From the NCBI GenBank assembly GCA_041496385.1, contig JBGQEL010000081.1, positions 1 through 19,327 on the forward strand: DNA of 19,327 nt. The letters run 5' to 3'. Positions 15,282 through 19,327 of this stretch are shown piece after piece (within the stretch, counting starts at the first letter, position 1; every line of letters starts with the position of its first letter). Position numbers and translations under genes: made by a program. The notes beneath the pieces were generated by a model. It worked only from the letters and a program-made list of their open reading frames with translations. It had not been told where the DNA came from and did no database searches. This stretch comes from Candidatus Methylomirabilia bacterium. GTDB taxonomy: Bacteria > Methylomirabilota > Methylomirabilia > Rokubacteriales > CSP1-6.

Positions 15282-15326
15282 ATGGGGTAGAGTGCGCTGC
15301 TGGCACATCAACCAAAGGAGCGACCC

Positions 15327-15659
15327 GTGAGCACACCTCGAACCGCAACGTCCGCGCGCGACGTCGTCCGGCCGGTCGCGCCCAAGCTCATCGAGCTGAG
15401 CGAGAAGGTGCTGTACGCCGACGTCTGGGAGCGGCCCGGGCTCTCCAAGCGCGACCGGAGCCTCATCACGGTCGCCGCCCTCGTCGCCATGTACCGCGGC
15501 GACCAGCTCACGGGGCACCTCGACCGCGCGCTCGCCAACGGCGTCACGCGCGCCGAGATCGGAGAGCTGATCACGCACCTGGCGTTCTACGCCGGCTGGC
15601 CGGCGGCGATGACGGCCGGCCGCATCGCGGCGAAGGTCTTCGAGGAGGCGAAGCCATGA
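15327..15659 (+). CDS. Carboxymuconolactone decarboxylase (CMD) family protein, no CxxC
   Basis: AAAGGAG RBS and GTG start. Motifs LYADVWERPGLSKRDRSLITVAAL, HLDRALANGVT..EIGELITHLAFYAGWP. Confidence 0.92.
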   Translation: MSTPRTATSARDVVRPVAPKLIELSEKVLYADVWERPGLSKRDRSLITVAALVAMYRGDQLTGHLDRALANGVTRAEIGELITHLAFYAGWPAAMTAGRIAAKVFEEAKP

Positions 15660-16585
15660 AGATCGGGTTCATCGGGCTCGGCACCATGGGGCGCCACATG
15701 GCGTCCAACCTGATCAAGGCGGGCCACGAGGTGGTGGTCCACGACGTGCGGCGGGAGGCGTCCGAGCCGCACGTGAAGGCCGGCGCGCGCTGGGCCGACT
15801 CCGCGCGCTCGGTCGCCGAGGCGAGCGAGGTCGTGTTCACGTCCCTGCCGGGCCCCGTGGAGGTGGAGGCGGTGGCGCTCGACGAGCGGACGGGGCTGCT
15901 GTCCGGGCTGACGGCGGGCAAGGTCTTCTTCGATCTCTCGACGAACTCGCCCACGGTGGTGCGGCGACTCCACGCGGTGTTCAAGGCGCGCGGCGTCCAC
16001 ATGCTGGACGCGCCGGTGAGCGGCGGCCCGCGCGGCGCCGAGAGCCGGAAGCTGGCGCTGTGGGTCGGCGGCGACGAGGCGGTCTTCACGCAGTACAAGG
16101 CCGTGCTGGACGCCATCGGCGACCAGCCGTACTACGTCGGCCCGATCGGCGCCGGCTCGGTCGCGAAGCTCGTCCACAACTGCGCGGGCTACGTGATCCA
16201 GACCGCGATGGCCGAGGTGTTCACGATGGGCGTCAAGGCCGGCGTGGACCCGCTGGCGATCTTCAAGGCGGTGCGGCAGGGCGCGCGCGGCCGCGTGCGC
16301 ACGTTCGACAGCCTCGCCGACAACTTCCTGCAGGGCAAGTTCGATCCGCCGTCGTTCGCGCTCCGGCTGGCGCACAAGGACGTCACCCTGGCCGTCGCCG
16401 TCGGCCGCGAGCACAAGGTGCCCATGCGCCTGGCCAACATGACGCTCGAGGAGATGACCGAAGCGCTCAATCGGGGCTGGGGCGAGCGCGACTCGCGCGT
16501 CCCGATGCTCCTGCAGGAGGAGCGCGCGGGCGTCGAGATCCGCGTCCCCGAGGCCGAGCTCCGGAAGGCCCTCGAGGGCGGCTAG
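15656..16585 (+). CDS. 3-hydroxyisobutyrate/2-hydroxy-3-oxopropionate reductase family NAD(P)-dependent oxidoreductase
   Basis: KIGFIGLGTMG, DLST, MLDAPVSGG, catalytic Lys in GAGSVAKLVHN, and F.LRLAHKD. ATGA overlap with the CMD gene. Confidence 0.94.
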   Translation: MKIGFIGLGTMGRHMASNLIKAGHEVVVHDVRREASEPHVKAGARWADSARSVAEASEVVFTSLPGPVEVEAVALDERTGLLSGLTAGKVFFDLSTNSPTVVRRLHAVFKARGVHMLDAPVSGGPRGAESRKLALWVGGDEAVFTQYKAVLDAIGDQPYYVGPIGAGSVAKLVHNCAGYVIQTAMAEVFTMGVKAGVDPLAIFKAVRQGARGRVRTFDSLADNFLQGKFDPPSFALRLAHKDVTLAVAVGREHKVPMRLANMTLEEMTEALNRGWGERDSRVPMLLQEERAGVEIRVPEAELRKALEGG

Positions 16586-17628
16586 GCGCCGGGCCCGCGC
16601 TCCATGGAATAGGGCTGCCAGCGCCGCAGCCCCGACTTCTCGAGGACCGACGGGTTCACGCAGCTCCGGGGCCACTTGCCGCCGAGGACCAGCGCGATCT
16701 CGTGGCCCACGCGCCGGAGCCGCGCGGGATCGAACCGGGCCGACGCCGAGGCCACGTGCGCGGTGAGGATGACGTTGTCCATCTTGAGCAGCGCGCTGGT
16801 CGGCGCGGCCGGCTCCTCTTCCAGCACGTCCAGCCCGGCGCCCGCGATCCAGCCTTCCTGCAGCGCCTTGGTGAGGGCCGACTCGTCCACCGTCGGGCCG
16901 CGGCCCGTGTTCACGAAGAGCGCGGTCGGCTTCATGAGCCGGAAGTGCTCCTCTCGCAGCATGTGCTGGGCCTCCGGCGTCGCGGGCGCGTGCATGGAGA
17001 CGATGTCGGAGCGCTTCAGCAGATCCGTCAGGCTCGCCGGCTCCACGCCGTACGGGCTCATGACCAGCTCCTCGACGTAGGGGTCGTAGGCCAGGATGTG
17101 CACGCCGAAGGCGCGGGCGCGCATGGCCACGGCGCGCGCCACGTGACCGAAGGCGATCAACCCCAGGGTCTGGCCCATGAGCCGGGGGATCTTGAGCAGC
17201 ATCGGCCGCCCCTCCTTCCACCGTCCCTCCCGGACGAGCCGGTCCTGGACGACCAGGCGGCGGAAGGTGGCGAGGATCAGCATCATCGCGTGGTCGGCGA
17301 CTTCCTCGATGAACGTGTCCGGAACGTTCGTCACCGGAATGCCGCGCGCCGTGGCCGCGGCGACGTCCACCGAGTCCACGCCGACGCTGCCCAGCGAGAT
17401 CACCTTGCAGCGCTCCAGACCGTCGATCATGCGCTTGGTGATGCGGCGCCCCTTGGCGTAGAGCGCATCGGCGTCGCGCGCCGCCTTGACGAACTCCTCG
17501 TCCGTGCCGGATGCGATCTCGACGATCTCCGCCCCGAGCGGCGCGAGGGCCTCCATCTCCAGCGCGTACCCGGCGCCCGCCTGCCCGTAACTCACCCCGA
17601 CCGGTGTGACGACCTTGAACGTGGCCAC
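16582..17628 (-). CDS. D-isomer-specific 2-hydroxyacid dehydrogenase (CtBP-like subfamily)
   Basis: AGGAGGAG RBS and GTG start at 17628. Motifs VGVDSVDVAAATARGIPVTNVP, EEVADHA, NTGRG (Arg), LDVLEEEP (Glu) and TAHVAS (His). Shares a CTAG stop overlap with the convergent gene. Confidence 0.92.
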   Translation of the reverse strand: MATFKVVTPVGVSYGQAGAGYALEMEALAPLGAEIVEIASGTDEEFVKAARDADALYAKGRRITKRMIDGLERCKVISLGSVGVDSVDVAAATARGIPVTNVPDTFIEEVADHAMMLILATFRRLVVQDRLVREGRWKEGRPMLLKIPRLMGQTLGLIAFGHVARAVAMRARAFGVHILAYDPYVEELVMSPYGVEPASLTDLLKRSDIVSMHAPATPEAQHMLREEHFRLMKPTALFVNTGRGPTVDESALTKALQEGWIAGAGLDVLEEEPAAPTSALLKMDNVILTAHVASASARFDPARLRRVGHEIALVLGGKWPRSCVNPSVLEKSGLRRWQPYSMERGPGA

Positions 17629-17647
17629 TGTGCTCCTCCTTGGTGGA

Positions 17648-18775
17648 CTAGACGCGCTCGAGAATGGAAAGACCGCGCCCGCGATCGATGAGGTACATGA
17701 GGCCGCGGTCGTCCACGCACACGTCGTTGCTGGACACGCGCGACGAGCCCTCGGGCACGGACGGCAGAAAGTGCGCGACCTCACGCGGCGCGTGCGGCTC
17801 GGCGATGTCCACGACGCGCAGGCCGTGGGCGAACCACGCCACGGGGATCTCGGTCCCCCTGATCGACTCGCACGGCTGGTGACAGCCGGTGAACTCCGGC
17901 TGCGGGCTCCCGTCGACGCCCGCCACCTGGAAGCTCGCGAACGGGACGGGCCGGCGCTCCTCGGTGATGTCCACGAGCCAGAGGAACGAGGGCGGCCCGG
18001 GCTCGAGCTTCGCCACGTCCTCGTCGGCCACCAGCAGGACGCGCCGGCCGTGGAGCGGGAACGGCACCGGCAGCGCCGTGTGCGTGGGCGTCAGGAAGGG
18101 CGGGCTCCAGTCGAGCCCGGCGACGAAGCGCGGCTTCGCGAGGTCCTCGACGTCGAGGATCACGAAGCCGCCGTGCCAGTAGCTCACGTAGAGCCGGTTG
18201 CCGAGACGGATCGGGTGATGGCACCGGTGCTGGCGCCCCGACCACGAGGGCGTCTCGCCGCCCGCCACCCACTGCCCCGGCATCCACCAGCGCCCGACTT
18301 CCTGCGGCCGCGCGGGGTCGGCCAGATCGAGGATCATCACGATGTTGCCGACGTAGCCCTCCATCTCGGGTGAGATGTAGGCGTAGCGGCCGTCGAAGGT
18401 GAACCGGTGGACGCCCGTGCCTCCCGAGCGCCAGAGCGTGATCTCGCGCGGCCGGCCCGGCGTCGAGACGTCGTAGATGCCGAGCCCGCGGGGCGCGTCG
18501 GGCGACGCCGCCGGCCCGCCGTGGGCCTCCCGGTTGACGAGCATGAGGCCGTTGGCCGCGCGCACCTTGTGCGAGTGCGTGCCGGGCGGCACGTCGATGC
18601 CCGCCAGACGCCGCGGCGCCGCCGGGTCGCTCACGTCGACCAGCGTTGTCCCGTGCGGCGCCTTCATGTGGGCGATGTACGCCACGCGCCCGTCCACGAC
18701 CACCTGCCCGCCGCCGGGACAATCGAACCAGGCGACCTGTCTCAACCCCTTGGCGCTCGCACCGTTGCCGCGCAT
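17648..18775 (-). CDS. LVIVD-repeat beta-propeller protein of unknown function
   Basis: Repeats TLVDVSDP, GIYDVSTP, MILDLADP, VILDVEDL, WLVDITEE and RVVDIAEP, with terminal GLSILE. No signal peptide. Confidence 0.85.
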   Translation of the reverse strand: MRGNGASAKGLRQVAWFDCPGGGQVVVDGRVAYIAHMKAPHGTTLVDVSDPAAPRRLAGIDVPPGTHSHKVRAANGLMLVNREAHGGPAASPDAPRGLGIYDVSTPGRPREITLWRSGGTGVHRFTFDGRYAYISPEMEGYVGNIVMILDLADPARPQEVGRWWMPGQWVAGGETPSWSGRQHRCHHPIRLGNRLYVSYWHGGFVILDVEDLAKPRFVAGLDWSPPFLTPTHTALPVPFPLHGRRVLLVADEDVAKLEPGPPSFLWLVDITEERRPVPFASFQVAGVDGSPQPEFTGCHQPCESIRGTEIPVAWFAHGLRVVDIAEPHAPREVAHFLPSVPEGSSRVSSNDVCVDDRGLMYLIDRGRGLSILERV

Positions 18776-18790
18776 GTCGTTCTGTCTCCC

Positions 18791-19327
18791 TCAGGCCGCG
18801 TCGACGGCGGGCCGGATGGTCCCCGCCACGAGGTCCAGGATCTCGAGCATCCGCGAGGGATCGTCCCGGCGGAAGACGAGCAGCAGGTGCGCGACGCCGA
18901 GGCGCTTGTACTCGCAGATCCGATCGACCACCGCCTGCGTGCCCTTGGCCAGGAGGTCGTCGGTCAGGTTGAACCGGAGCGAGATCGCGATCGTCTCGAA
19001 GCGTCGCCCCGCCGCGTCGGCCGCCGCGCGCAGGCGGCGGAGCCCGTCCTCCAGCTCGGCCGGCGTTCGCGACATCGCGTGCCAGCCGTCGCCGAGCGCG
19101 ACGACCCGGCGGAGAGCGCCCGCGCTGCCGCCGCCGACCCAGATCGGCGGGTGCGGCTTCTGCACGGGCCTGGGCGCGAAGCCGATGTCGGCGAACCGGA
19201 AGAACTCGCCCGTGAAGGCCGGCTTGTCGGCGGTCCACAGCTCCTTGAAGACGCGCAGGATCTCGTCGCCCTGGCGGCCGCGCGCGTGGAAGGGAACGCC
19301 CAGGATCTCGAGCTCCTGCCGCCACCA
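18791..19327 (-). CDS. LLM-class, probably F420-dependent oxidoreductase, 5' end outside window
   Basis: Frame is open to the window edge: WWRQELEILGVPFHARGRQGDEILRVFKELWT....FTGEFFRF.....PRPVQKPHPPIWVGG.S..ALRRVVALGDGW. Confidence 0.9.
   Translation of the reverse strand, partial: WWRQELEILGVPFHARGRQGDEILRVFKELWTADKPAFTGEFFRFADIGFAPRPVQKPHPPIWVGGGSAGALRRVVALGDGWHAMSRTPAELEDGLRRLRAAADAAGRRFETIAISLRFNLTDDLLAKGTQAVVDRICEYKRLGVAHLLLVFRRDDPSRMLEILDLVAGTIRPAVDAA

Noticed and set aside
15288..15293. TAGAGT as a -10 for the CMD operon
   Set aside because: The position is plausible, but no -35 or extended -10 supports it, so it is not listed as a feature.
16582..16585. Convergent stops sharing CTAG
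   Set aside because: A common arrangement in compact genomes with no further signal.
1..19327. CRISPR arrays, tRNA/rRNA, riboswitches, transposases, integrases or selenocysteine read-through
   Set aside because: No spaced repeats, RNA-gene signatures or recombinase motifs are visible. Intergenic gaps are short and no in-frame TGA interrupts a conserved domain. An Rfam/Infernal scan would be needed to exclude small RNAs formally.

Overview
A very GC-rich (visibly above 70%), densely coding bacterial window with 18 conventional CDSs, two of them cut by the window edges. I see no rRNA, tRNA, CRISPR array or mobile element. The gene content is typical of soil or subsurface heterotrophs such as Candidatus Rokubacteria, but that taxon call is inference only. 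Left to right: FAH-family hydrolase (-, partial); double zinc ribbon/class III nucleotidyl cyclase/STAND ATPase/Cys-rich TPR protein followed by a CxxC peroxiredoxin-like redoxin (+); orphan family-5 ABC solute-binding protein and MFS transporter (-); short LLM oxidoreductase, SDR and two-domain NIPSNAP (+); a second, paralogous family-5 SBP with two Dpp/Opp permeases but no ATPase gene (+); ModA-like orphan SBP and AHL-lactonase-family metallo-hydrolase (-); CMD-family protein and 3-hydroxyisobutyrate-dehydrogenase-family protein (+); D-2-hydroxyacid dehydrogenase, His-rich LVIVD propeller and F420-type LLM (-, partial). The best candidate for an undescribed system is the cyclase-STAND-TPR plus redoxin pair, a possible thiol-redox-gated cyclic-nucleotide switch. 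Other notable signals are an unannotated 18-aa signal-peptide-like ORF coupled to the lactonase, a symmetric bidirectional -10 palindrome, and a putative metal-binding LVIVD enzyme.
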